This document shows, one piece after another, positions 1 to 8,165 of a stretch of 30,552 nucleotides of DNA. Within the stretch, counting starts at the first letter, position 1, and every line of letters starts with the position of its first letter. Position numbers and translations under genes: made by a program. The notes under the pieces are model-generated. The model did no database searches. It was not told the DNA's origin and worked only from the letters and a program-made list of their open reading frames with translations. Origin of the DNA: Candidatus Aenigmatarchaeota archaeon (lineage in GTDB: Archaea; Aenigmatarchaeota; Aenigmatarchaeia; CG10238-14; SpSt-28); the NCBI GenBank assembly GCA_039000985.1, contig JAWBMD010000010.1:1-30552 (forward strand), given 5' to 3'.

Positions 1-467
1 CAAACTTATTGAAAATAACGAAAGTAGAAAAGAAAAACTTAGCTAATGAACTGGCAGAACTTGCTTTATTGCTAGCAAAAACAAGCAAAGAAAGACATCA
101 AGCAATTCAAAATTTCATGCTAACAAATGATAGCACAACAATAGCATGCGAAGTACCAGTTTATTTAACAAATGATGATATTAAATATTTTAAAAGCAAA
201 GGATTTACTTTTGATTTTGAAAATTATAGAACACCAATTACTGGCCATATAGATATTTTGCAAATAAGAAATGGTTTAATTCACATTTTAGATTATAAAC
301 CAAATGCTGAAAAAGTAAATGCAATTAATCAATTAACAATTTATGCTTTAGCCTTAGCAAGCAGAACAAAGCTTGCAGTTAAAGATTTTAAATGTGCTTG
401 GTTTGATGATAAAATTTATTTTGAATTTTTTCCTTTACATGCCATTTATGAAAAATTAAAGATATAA
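1..467 (+). CDS. PD-(D/E)XK nuclease family protein, 3' part (5' end lies outside the window)
   Basis: Frame is open from the window edge, so the TTG at 9 is probably not the true start. Motifs IACEVPVY...GHIDILQIRNGLIHILDYKP...QLTIYALAL match the E / D / DxK / QLxxY pattern of RecB/Cas4-like PD-(D/E)XK nucleases. Confidence 0.85.
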   Translation, partial: NLLKITKVEKKNLANELAELALLLAKTSKERHQAIQNFMLTNDSTTIACEVPVYLTNDDIKYFKSKGFTFDFENYRTPITGHIDILQIRNGLIHILDYKPNAEKVNAINQLTIYALALASRTKLAVKDFKCAWFDDKIYFEFFPLHAIYEKLKI

Positions 468-477
468 TTTAAAACCT

Positions 478-769
478 GTGAAATACCCAACATCAGAAGA
501 AATAATTGAAATTAACAAGCGATTAGGCGAAGGTGGAATACTTGTTAACAAAAGTAATCTTGAGTTTATCTCGAAAAAGTAAAAATGGAAATAAGAGAAC
601 TGCTTTTCATACTATGTTATATTTTTTAGAACTGAATGGAAAAGAATTTAAATATGAAAAGAAAATAGAGAAAATGTTAAATAGAATAGCGAGAAAAATA
701 GAGAAAAGAAATGAAATTGAAAAATGGGTTGAAGAAGGTATAAAATGGGAGAAGAATTCGAAAAAATAG
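478..769 (+). pseudogene. doc: Doc/Fic-family toxin, internally deleted and frameshifted
   Basis: GTG 478 reads VKYPTSEEIIEINKRLGEGGILVNKSNLEFISKK* (Doc-like N-terminus, stop 580-582). Another frame continues NGNKRTAFHTMLYFLELNG. The HPF part of the HPFxxGNKR motif is missing. Confidence 0.8.
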
Positions 770-885
770 TAACCAAAAATTTAATTAAATGGAGAAGACT
801 AAATAAATGGTTAAAAGAGGAAAGACTTGGAAAAAAATTAATAGAAAAAAGGTCTCTTAACAAAAATAAACACGATTTATGCTAA
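745..885 (+). CDS. Small helical protein, putative Doc antitoxin (46 aa, 3' end uncertain)
   Basis: ATG 745 reads MGEEFEKIVTKNLIKWRRLNKWLKEERLGKKLIEKRSLNKNKHDLC*. It overlaps the end of the doc gene and is below the ORF-track cutoff. Function is inferred from position only. Confidence 0.4.
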   Translation: MGEEFEKIVTKNLIKWRRLNKWLKEERLGKKLIEKRSLNKNKHDLC

Positions 886-886
886 A

Positions 887-912
887 ATTTTAAATGTGTT
901 TGGTTTGATAAT
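887..912 (+). repeat. Degenerate copy of the nuclease gene 3' end
   Basis: ATTTTAAATGTGTTTGGTTTGATAAT vs 385-410 ATTTTAAATGTGCTTGGTTTGATGAT, 24/26 identical (FKCVWFDN vs FKCAWFDD). Confidence 0.85.
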
Positions 913-1232
913 CTATATAGTTTCTATTAATCCTAATCTCACTATCTCTTCATCCTACTAATTTAGAATTTTAGCTGTGGCAACAATTATTCTATCATGT
1001 AGCTTGGTCAGTTTAATTTTATCAAAATTCAGCGAGACTGGAATAAAAGTTGCTTATAATCTAGGGAAATTTTTCCTCCTTCTATTAAATGGATACATTC
1101 TGCAAGAACAATTGTTGTAACAAACATAAAACCTCTACCCTTCTCTACAGACAAGAATACATCGTTAGCTTTCTTGGGCAATTTGTCTAGCAGATAGAAA
1201 ACCCAAGCATGTGTATCCGAAACGTAAAACAT
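913..1232 (-). pseudogene. vapC: PIN-domain (VapC) toxin, frameshifted/deleted
   Basis: N-terminus MFYVSDTHAWVFYL...IVLAEC stops at 1029. Downstream fragments KLHDRIIVATAKILN* and DEEIVRLGLIETI* follow. Clear paralog of the intact PIN gene at 10946-11332. Confidence 0.85.
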
Positions 1233-1233
1233 T

Positions 1234-1440
1234 TTATAACATAGATTTAAACAGTAAAACTTTAGCTTCTTCTATACTCTTCATAAGCTCCTCTTCTGAT
1301 ACTAACAATTTTGCCATACCTCTAAAGGATATGAGCTTTGGTTTTGCTAGATAGTCAGACCTAAATAAGACTAAAAGCTTTATTAGCTGTATTTCTTTTT
1401 CTATATTACTTAATTTTTTTCTTAATATTTCAGATTCCAT
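1234..1440 (-). CDS. VapB-type antitoxin (coiled-coil N-terminus)
   Basis: 68 aa, ends 1 nt before the PIN start. Paralog of 11334-11531 (KLxxIExEIQxxKxL...IEEAKxxxFK). Confidence 0.75.
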   Translation of the reverse strand: MESEILRKKLSNIEKEIQLIKLLVLFRSDYLAKPKLISFRGMAKLLVSEEELMKSIEEAKVLLFKSML

Positions 1441-1511
1441 ACTTATAATTATTTTAGTTTGCAGTAACTTACAACAAAATCAAAACATAATCAAAGTTCG
1501 TAAATACTTTA

Positions 1512-1583
1512 ATTTCATGTGAATCAAACTCAGCAATTAAAGCAGAAACTGTACAACACTTTATGTGCAAATCTTGTTTAAAG
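1512..1583 (+). pseudogene. IS1/InsA-like zinc-ribbon remnant
   Basis: Reads ISCESNSAIKAETVQHFMCKSCLK, resembling the CxxC..IKxG..Qx(Y/F)xCKxC ribbon with the first Cys and the GxR segment lost. Confidence 0.5.
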
Positions 1584-1597
1584 TTGTATGACTTTCT

Positions 1598-1666
1598 TTA
1601 AAATTCTTTCTCTAACTTAACAAAATCCCTTTCAAAAGTCCTAACAACTTTAAGTCTATATTTCAT
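1598..1666 (-). pseudogene. relE: RelE/ParE-family toxin, N-terminal fragment
   Basis: MKYRLKVVRTFERDFVKLEKEF* is a typical RelE beta1-alpha1 start. Its ATG overlaps the upstream antitoxin stop (ATGA). Confidence 0.7.
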
Positions 1667-1840
1667 TCAACTTCTTTCAAAAATGTTTCTAGCTCTCTTA
1701 CCATTCTTTTTTTCCACTCTTTTTCAGCCTCTATAATTTTTTTCGTCAGCTTTCTATTACTAATAATATCAAACAATTCCTTATTAGAACCAAGTTTTTA
1801 ACTATGCTTTCATCAAAGCTACTACCTTTTGTGATTTCAT
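1663..1840 (-). pseudogene. RelB-like antitoxin, 5' disrupted
   Basis: C-terminal frame KELFDIISNRKLTKKIIEAEKEWKKRMVRELETFLKEVE* resembles 2512-2706. The candidate ATG at 1840 is out of frame and followed by stops. Confidence 0.6.
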
Positions 1841-2036
1841 ACTTTATATTTAAATTTTTCTTGGAATAGTTTTAAAATAGCTCAAGACCCAGTTCTTAAT
1901 GCAAGTATAACTCGAACCTTTCATCCAACAAACTTAAAAGAAGAACAGTTTTCTTTAAAATTTGGGGGAAACCAAAAGATACAAAATAGTAATGATGAAA
2001 ACAAGATAGTTCGGCGATCGTTAAAATTGGAAGTTG

Positions 2037-2270
2037 TCATAACCTTTTCTTCAATTCCTATAAAGTAGCAAATTTATCTCTCTTTCCAGCCTTAAAATCT
2101 CTTAAAGCTTCTTTCATTAGCCTTCTCTCCTTTTTTGTAAGATCTTTTTCATCTATTTTTTCTATAATGATAGGTCCTTTCACTACTGCTATCATCTTTT
2201 TAATACTAATTATTTCTTCCCTTAATTTACATATTTCCTCTTCAAGTCTTTCTAACTTTTGTTCACCCAT
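2037..2270 (-). CDS. Orphan RelB-like antitoxin with a probable late nonsense codon
   Basis: MGEQKLERLEEEI...LTKKERRLMKEALRDFKAGKRDKFATL*ELKKRL*. The TAG at 2058-2060 looks like a mutated GAG in a typical 'TLEELKKRL' ending. No recognisable toxin follows. Confidence 0.6.
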
Positions 2271-2420
2271 AATTAATTCTTCCACTTATATTTATTTCAA
2301 AATAGATATTACTGCTTAACTTTTTTATGTCTAACCTAACAAATGGAAAATTTGGAAGAAGAGATATTGTTTCATACACATATCTATGAACAATAACCCC
2401 AGCAATCAATAATACTCTTA

Positions 2421-2464
2421 AAGCTAATAAAATAAATGCTCTCGATTAACTAATAACCCATACC
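2421..2464 (+). repeat. Degenerate copy of a nuclease gene segment (about 304-347)
   Basis: Translates KANKINALD*LITHT vs NAEKVNAINQLTIYA. About 28/44 nt identical by eye, mismatches mostly transitions. Confidence 0.5.
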
Positions 2465-2511
2465 TTCAATTTCGGAGAAGAGTTAAAAAGTATTTAAATA
2501 CATAGAACATA

Positions 2512-2706
2512 ATGAATTTAGTGATGGCTATACAAAAGCTTCAAATTATAGAAAAAGAAATAATTAATCTAAAGAAAAAATACGAAAGTTTAGAAGCAAC
2601 TATAGAAACTTTAAGCGATCCTGAAATGAAACAAATAGAAAAAAGCCTTAAAGATATAAGAGCTGGAAGAACTAGAAATATAGAGGAATTAATGAAAGAG
2701 GTTTAG
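2512..2706 (+). CDS. Orphan RelB-like antitoxin
   Basis: ESLEATIETLSDPEMKQIEKSLKDIRAGRTRNIEELMKEV is a typical RelE/YoeB-binding antitoxin C-terminus. TATTTAAA lies about 20 nt upstream. No toxin downstream. Confidence 0.7.
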   Translation: MNLVMAIQKLQIIEKEIINLKKKYESLEATIETLSDPEMKQIEKSLKDIRAGRTRNIEELMKEV

Positions 2707-2752
2707 TATAGTTGCTTGGCTTCCTTCTTGTGTTTAAAAGCTATCGACACTA

Positions 2753-2790
2753 AAAACCAAACTAATTATAAAGAGTTTAAAAAGCTGTTT
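2753..2790 (+). repeat. Degenerate copy of the nuclease 3' end (weak)
   Basis: Translates KTKLIIKSLK, compared with RTKLAVKDFK (gene) and KVKLIIKGLK (8987 copy). Confidence 0.45.
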
Positions 2791-2810
2791 TTAATAATTT
2801 AAATTTTAGA

Positions 2811-2861
2811 TTTATATATCAATTGTTAGAAAAATATAACAAATGTTAGAAAAATATAACA
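2811..2861 (+). promoter_or_regulatory. TATA box plus tandem palindromic operators
   Basis: TTTATATA at 2811-2818. Perfect 18-bp direct repeat TGTTAGAAAAATATAACA at 2824-2841 and 2844-2861, each TGTTA-N8-TAACA. The second copy overlaps the start codon. Confidence 0.75.
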
Positions 2862-3376
2862 GGTGGAAATTGCTGGAATTGTTCATTAAAAAACCTCTTT
2901 ATTCTTTTCATTTAAGAGAAATTTGTAGGTTGCTTGAATGGAGTCCTGTAAAAGTTAGAGCTTTAATTAATGAACTAAAAAAAGAAAAGTTAATAGTTGA
3001 AAGCAAAGAAAAAAATCTTTCGCTCTTTAAAGCTAATCGTGAAAATGAAAACTACAAAAAATATAAAAAAATTTATAATTTATTAAAAGCTTTTGAAATA
3101 AGTGAAATATTAGAAAAAGAACTAGAAAATTTTGATGCAATAATATTTTTTGGTTCAGCTGCACGAGGTGAAGACACAGAAAGTAGCGATTTTGACTTAT
3201 GTATTATTGGTGCGAATGAAGTTAAAATCAATTTAGATAAAATAGAAAAAGAACTAAATAGGAAAATCTCTCTTTTATTTATAGAAAATCCAGAAAAATT
3301 AAAAGAAGAAAATCCAGAACTACTAAATAATCTAATTAACGGTTTTGTAATAAAGGGATATTTAAAGGTTTTATAA
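2843..3376 (+). CDS. wHTH + minimal nucleotidyltransferase (MNT) antitoxin
   Basis: N-terminal HTH (FHLREICRLLEWSPVKVR) and the GS-x10-DxD motif GSAARGEDTESSDFD. Its stop overlaps the HEPN start (TAATG). Confidence 0.9.
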   Translation: MLEKYNRWKLLELFIKKPLYSFHLREICRLLEWSPVKVRALINELKKEKLIVESKEKNLSLFKANRENENYKKYKKIYNLLKAFEISEILEKELENFDAIIFFGSAARGEDTESSDFDLCIIGANEVKINLDKIEKELNRKISLLFIENPEKLKEENPELLNNLINGFVIKGYLKVL

Positions 3377-3778
3377 TGAATTGGGAAGAATGCATCAAGC
3401 TAAATCTAATAGAAAAAAGAACTAGCAAAATCATTACTAAAAATAGCCTCTAATAGGTTTGATTTCTTTTCTTCTAAAGAAATTTCAATATTTGTACTTG
3501 AAGGGATTTATGAATCAATAATAGAGTTATCTCATGCTCTTATGGCTATGGAAGGATTAAAGACTCTTTCTCATGAATGCGCAATAGAATTTTTGAGAGG
3601 AAGGTATATTGATAATTACGAAGCAGAATTTCTACAAAAGTTAAGAAAAAAGAGACATGCTATAAAATACTATGGAAAAATTTTAAGTGGGGAAGTAGTA
3701 AAAAAATTTGTAGAAACAGGTAAAACAATCTTTTTAAAACTAAAATCTATTGTTGAGAGTAAGGTTATTGAGAAATAG
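3376..3778 (+). pseudogene. HEPN-domain protein (UPF0332-like), frameshifted near the 5' end
   Basis: ATG 3376 MNWEECIKLNLIEKRT, then a frame change at about 3413-3423 to KELAKSLLKIA...YESIIELSHALMAMEGLKTLSHECAIEFL...RKKRHAIKYYG. Confidence 0.85.
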
Positions 3779-3880
3779 TAGCTTTTAAATGAATTAAACT
3801 ATTCTCGCTTTTTTGTTTATACTAAAATTTCTCTCTTGTATTAATGATGAAAATAACTCCTGAAAGTTTTAAAATATTAA

Positions 3881-3960
3881 TACCAAAATATTGGTAACAA
3901 AAATACCAAAAAAATGGTAAAGTATTTAAATAAAAGAAAAATAATACCAAATATATGGTA
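3881..3960 (+). promoter_or_regulatory. Three 16-bp TACCA-N6-TGGTA operators around a TATA box
   Basis: TACCAAAATATTGGTA 3881-3896, TACCAAAAAAATGGTA 3904-3919 and TACCAAATATATGGTA 3945-3960 (covers ATG 3955). TATTTAAA at 3923-3930. Confidence 0.8.
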
Positions 3961-4360
3961 TCAATTGAAGCTCTTTTCAAAAAGAGAAAAATTTCAAAAA
4001 TCAACGAGCTATAAACTTCTTTGAAAACTCTTATAAAGATAATTTAAACCATTCAAAAGAGAATCTTGTGAAATTTCCAAGATGAAGTATTATTTCCGGA
4101 TACTATGCAATGCATGATATTGCAAAGCTTTTTATAGCAAAAAAATTCAGAATAAAAGTTCTTAGAATTTTAAGTAAAAGAAAGGATTTACCAAAGCTTT
4201 TAGAAGAATTTAAAGATTTAATTCTTGAATTGGAAATAGCAAAAAAAGAGAGAATTAAAGCCCAGTACTATACAGGAACTGCTTACTTAGAAAACGTATA
4301 CAGAAAAAGAGCAAAACATTTTTTTAAAAATATTGTGGAAAAATTTTTAATTAAAAATGA
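3955..4360 (+). pseudogene. HEPN-like protein, disrupted
   Basis: MVSIEALFKKRK, frameshift, then AINFFENSYKDNLNHSKENLVKFPR*SIISGYYAMHDIAKLFIAKKF...KERIKAQYY. The YYAM and RxxxxY HEPN signatures are present and TGA replaces a likely Trp. 3' end approximate. Confidence 0.7.
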
Positions 4361-4889
4361 TAGTAAATTTATTAGATCCAAATGTAGCCAAAGTTTTGAC
4401 AATTTTTTCTTTAGCTCCTGGAGCAAAATTTAGAAGAGAACAAAACTAAACAATGCAAATCTTGACAAAGCACTAAATAGTTTGCAAAATTCAAAAATTA
4501 TTTTAATAGACAATAACTTCTTTAAATTAAACTTAAACGAAAAAACAAAAATTTTAATCGAAACAATCCAAAAAGAATATAAAGAATTGAATGAAATCCC
4601 CTTAAATGTTTTTTTTTAATTTTAGATTTAGTCAATAGGATTATATTTTTAAAAGATGTTAAAGTTTATCTTTTTGGCTCATATGCAAAACTCACTTTTA
4701 AAGAGGGTAGCGATATAGACTTGGCAATTATTTCAGACAAAAAATTGGATTTTTTAGAAAAGATAGCTTTAAAAATTAAAAAAATATAAAACAAAAATAC
4801 AACTTAACTTTTTTGGTAAAGATTTTAGTAAGCATAAAGAAGATCCGTTGGTAAGAGAAATAATAAGAAATAATATCCAACTCCTTTAA
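4357..4889 (+). pseudogene. wHTH-MNT antitoxin with at least three frameshifts
   Basis: Fragments MIVNLLDPNVAKVLTIFSLAPGAKFRR / KLNNANLDKALNSL / VKVYLFGSYAKLTFKEGSDIDLAIIS / KEDPLVREIIRNNIQLL*. Absent from the ORF track. Confidence 0.85.
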
Positions 4890-4911
4890 ACACAATTATA
4901 CTTGATTTTAC

Positions 4912-5355
4912 TTATATAATTTTTTTCCTTCTCAATATTTCTTCAACTTTTGATACAAATTCATGCGCCCATTCTATTGCATTTCTAGCTTCATCTTCAG
5001 AAATAATATCTACTTCTTCATATACAACCTTATGCCTCTTTTCCCTCAACCTATCAAAAATATTAATCATCCTATCAGTAATTTCCTTACCAAAAACTAT
5101 ATGAACAAATTTAACTACAGCTATATGTTGATATCGATTAGTAGGTTTAAAACCATTCAAAAACATTAAAGCTCTTCCAGCTTGGAGCATTGAATTATAA
5201 GCTATAGCAAGAGACCAGCTGTAACTTCTGCTTTCGAAAACTTTTTCTGCTGTGTTTAAATCTCTTTTTGCTATTAAAAATGATTTTCTAACCAAATTTT
5301 TATCAACTCTGATTTTTCTTATTAATCTATCCCTTAACAATTCTTCTAAACTCAT
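4912..5355 (-). CDS. HEPN-domain protein (UPF0332-like)
   Basis: WSLAIAYNSMLQAGRALM...QH...RHKVVYE. Overlaps the upstream MNT. Start is probably MSLEELL (5355) and could be 5364. Confidence 0.9.
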   Translation of the reverse strand: MSLEELLRDRLIRKIRVDKNLVRKSFLIAKRDLNTAEKVFESRSYSWSLAIAYNSMLQAGRALMFLNGFKPTNRYQHIAVVKFVHIVFGKEITDRMINIFDRLREKRHKVVYEEVDIISEDEARNAIEWAHEFVSKVEEILRRKKII

Positions 5356-5911
5356 TTTCATCACCTATAATCATAATTATAGGTTTTTCAACTATGTCTA
5401 AAAGAAGATGATTCTTTTCTTTAACTCTTTTTTTAAACTCTTTTGTGCTCCAGAAAATATAGTGAACTTCTCTTGCCAATTCGTATTCCAATTGCCTTAT
5501 TACTTCGATGAGTTTTTCTTCATTCAAATCACCAACAATTAATAAATCTATATCACTTTCTTCAACTTCTTCTCCAGCAGCAAAAGAACCATAAATTAAA
5601 GCATATACTACATTAAATTTTGATAAGTTTTCTCTAAGCGTATCACCAATTCCGACTGACTTCAAAACAAGTTTTCTCAATTCTTCATAAATTGGAGAAT
5701 TCTTATTGACTTTATATAATTTTTGGTTACCTCTTTTCCTCTCTTCTATTATTTTAATTTTTACCAAATTATTTAATTCTCTTCTTACAGAATTTAAATT
5801 ATCCCTTGTTAATCTAGCTATTTCCCTTAGATAGAATTCCCTCCCTCTATTTAAAAAAAATAGTTTTAGCAATTTAACTCTTGTTCTCGATCTCATAAGT
5901 CTTTCCAGCAT
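5327..5911 (-). CDS. wHTH-MNT antitoxin
   Basis: FYLREIARLTRDNLNSVRRELNNL HTH and GSFAAGEEVEESDIDL motif. Confidence 0.92.
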   Translation of the reverse strand: MLERLMRSRTRVKLLKLFFLNRGREFYLREIARLTRDNLNSVRRELNNLVKIKIIEERKRGNQKLYKVNKNSPIYEELRKLVLKSVGIGDTLRENLSKFNVVYALIYGSFAAGEEVEESDIDLLIVGDLNEEKLIEVIRQLEYELAREVHYIFWSTKEFKKRVKEKNHLLLDIVEKPIIMIIGDENEFRRIVKG

Positions 5912-5923
5912 ATATAATTTTTG

Positions 5924-5937
5924 TATACGAAAGTATA
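5924..5937 (-). promoter_or_regulatory. Palindromic operator at the MNT promoter
   Basis: TATAC-GAAA-GTATA 13-26 nt upstream of the ATG, next to a minus-strand TTTATA box. Confidence 0.45.
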
Positions 5938-5973
5938 AATATTTTATACCAATATAGTGGCAAAAATACTTTT

Positions 5974-7266
5974 TTAGAAACCAAGTTCCTTTAGAATCCT
6001 ATCTTCAAAAAGAAGGTAAACCCATAAAGGATAAACTAAGATTTTAAAATTTTTCTCATGAATTTCAGCAAACTTATCAAATGTAAGAATAATTCCAGCA
6101 TTAAGATTTAAACTATGTAGTAAAGAAATAAAATCTTTTATTTCACTTTCAGAGATTGAGTATTTAATCTCGATGGGAATTATTTCATTATCTTTTAATA
6201 TTAAGAAATCTATTTCCTTTTTATCCTTTCTAAAATAATATTTTGATTCAGTTTCACTGCAAAAAATTGATTCCAAAATTTTCCCCCAAATATTGCTATC
6301 AAATGAAAAAACTATAGAAGATGTAGCTGGATAAACCTTTCTATTTTTTCTAGAAGTTGCAAGAATGCTTATTCTAAAATTTGAAACTAAGTTTATTAAC
6401 AAAGAAAACCTTAGATAATAAACATAATTCATTAGTGTCTTTTTATCTCTTCTCAAATCCCTAGATAAATTTTCAAAATTTAGAATTAATCCAGGATTTT
6501 TGAAAAAAATATTAGTTAAGTTTTCCAATAGCTCTATATCAGTTTTTCCAAATTCTTTTGGTATATCCTTGTAAATTATTCTTTCAATAACTGACTGTTT
6601 TATATATGTTTTAATTTTTTCATCATTATCTTCATTAATTATTTCTGGAAACCCAGCCTTTCTAACAAAATCAACAAAATAAAGCAAAATTTTTTCATTG
6701 AAAAGCCTTGCTTCTTCAAAACTTACTTTAACATTTTTCATCTCTAAAAATTCTTTAAATGTTAATGGTTTAAGAATAAACTCATAAATTCTTCCAGCCA
6801 AACTTTCTTTTGCTTTCTTTGAAATTATTAGAGATGCTGAGCCTGAAAGAAAGAATTTTATGTTTGGGTTTAAATCATAATAAACCTTTATTTTATTCTC
6901 CCAATCTTTGCATTTATGAACTTCATCAAAAAACACATAAACTTTATCAACATCTTTAAAATCTTTTCTCAAAATACTTTTTTTATAAGTTTCCAAAACA
7001 TCTTTTATATCAAAAGTTTCTTCATCAAATGAAAAATAAAGAATTTTTTTCGGTTCAACTCCATTTTCAAGCAAATTATGAATAATTTGATAAAGCAATT
7101 TCGTTTTACCAACACGCCTTAATCCAGTTATCAATATAATCTGCCTATCTTTGATAAAATCCAAAATCTTGTAAAAAGGGTATCTTTTATATGTTTCTAG
7201 ATTTTTTCCACTTACTTTTCCTGTTTCCCACCATTCATTAAATTTCAAAAGCTCTTTTTCTTCCAT
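5974..7266 (-). CDS. AAA+ superfamily ATPase (AAA_14 + DUF4143, C-terminal PD-(D/E)XK-like domain)
   Basis: NEWW N-terminus, Walker A GLRRVGKT, Walker B VFFDEVH, SGSAS, AGFP and C-terminal EIDFL...IPIEIK. Probable start MEEKELL (7266); GTG 7284 is the alternative. Confidence 0.92.
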   Translation of the reverse strand: MEEKELLKFNEWWETGKVSGKNLETYKRYPFYKILDFIKDRQIILITGLRRVGKTKLLYQIIHNLLENGVEPKKILYFSFDEETFDIKDVLETYKKSILRKDFKDVDKVYVFFDEVHKCKDWENKIKVYYDLNPNIKFFLSGSASLIISKKAKESLAGRIYEFILKPLTFKEFLEMKNVKVSFEEARLFNEKILLYFVDFVRKAGFPEIINEDNDEKIKTYIKQSVIERIIYKDIPKEFGKTDIELLENLTNIFFKNPGLILNFENLSRDLRRDKKTLMNYVYYLRFSLLINLVSNFRISILATSRKNRKVYPATSSIVFSFDSNIWGKILESIFCSETESKYYFRKDKKEIDFLILKDNEIIPIEIKYSISESEIKDFISLLHSLNLNAGIILTFDKFAEIHEKNFKILVYPLWVYLLFEDRILKELGF

Positions 7267-7279
7267 AATGTTAATTAAT

Positions 7280-7332
7280 TCCACTTATATTTAAATTTTT
7301 AGTACATTTTGCTCCACTAATGTTTAATTTTT
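7280..7332 (-). promoter_or_regulatory. Imperfect direct repeat at the ATPase promoter
   Basis: TCCACTTATATTTAAATTTTT (7280-7300) and TCCACTAATGTTTAATTTTT (7313-7332), 33-bp spacing. The first copy contains TTTAAATA on the minus strand. Confidence 0.4.
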
Positions 7333-7572
7333 GATAACAATTATTTTACCAAACCATTCTACTACATTCAAACTCAACTAACAAGGGAAATGAAAAATTA
7401 TCCAAAAGAACTTTATACTTCAAGACAAAAGCTTGTTTAGATTTTTGAGACTATTAAAAATACAAGCACCTTCTCTTAAATACAACTTTTTCTTCATATC
7501 ACTAAGTATTTTGCATACTTTTGGCACATGGGAAACAGTATCTAATTTGGTTTTAGTAATTTATGAAATGAA

Positions 7573-7612
7573 GCTAAGATTATAATTAAAGGTTTAAAAT
7601 ATACCTATAGTT
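7573..7612 (+). repeat. Degenerate copy of the nuclease 3' end
   Basis: GCTAAGATTATAATTAAAGGTTTAAAATATACCTATAGTT is 35/40 identical to 8990-9029. It abuts the HEPN stop codon. Confidence 0.75.
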
Positions 7613-8165
7613 ATATTTCTAATATCTCTCTAACTCTTTCTATAAACCTTGTTGCATTTAATTTTGCAATTTCTACCAAAGATTCCTCGAATTCATAGCC
7701 TGGCTCATAACTAGCTCTTTCTCTTAACTCTTTTGTTTCGACTATATCTTCTATATCTTCCCTTTCAAGAGCTTTAGAAATAGACTCAACTACAACCTCT
7801 ACATCTTCCTTCTCTATTTTTTTCTCGTGGTAAAAGTATAGAATTAACGCATTCAGAGTAGCTAAATGAGATTTTGAAAACAAATTTTTAGAAGCTATTA
7901 GAGCAAGAGCAGCATGATAAATAGCGTAATAATAAATAACAATCACCCAATCAAAAAATCTTTGTTTACCAAATAACTTCTTTATCTCATTTTTATGTTT
8001 TTCATAAATCCAGTTCGCAAAATCTAAATTATGTAAAGCTTTTTTAAAGTAATCTTTAGGTCTTAATCTTTGTTTTCTTAGAATTTTCTTTTTTAGATAA
8101 AAATTATTCCATTTCTCACATTCTTTTTTGTTCTCTAACCAAACTATCCAGTTAGGCTTTTTCAT
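7611..8165 (-). CDS. HEPN-domain protein (long form)
   Basis: FFDWVIVIYYYAIYHAALALIA...SH...ELRERASYE. Probable start MKKPNW (8165) overlapping the MNT end. Confidence 0.9.
   Translation of the reverse strand: MKKPNWIVWLENKKECEKWNNFYLKKKILRKQRLRPKDYFKKALHNLDFANWIYEKHKNEIKKLFGKQRFFDWVIVIYYYAIYHAALALIASKNLFSKSHLATLNALILYFYHEKKIEKEDVEVVVESISKALEREDIEDIVETKELRERASYEPGYEFEESLVEIAKLNATRFIERVREILEI

Noticed and set aside
648..863. 71-aa minus-strand ORF, and similar shadow ORFs at 3822, 4963, 13117, 13388, 17002, 17656, 17945, 22028, 23767, 25288, 25334, 29302 and 29594
   Set aside because: Antisense to well-supported genes or lying over spacers and promoters, with low-complexity F/L/I/K composition and no motifs.
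1860..2040. Open frames on both strands downstream of the 2270 antitoxin (possible toxin)
   Set aside because: The ATG at 2040 overlaps the antitoxin end, but the translation (MTTSNFNDRRTILF...) shows no RelE or PIN features, so it is left unassigned.
3411..3423. Programmed -1 frameshift at AAAAAAG in the HEPN gene
   Set aside because: The downstream frame needs +1/-2, not -1. A short deletion is the simpler explanation.
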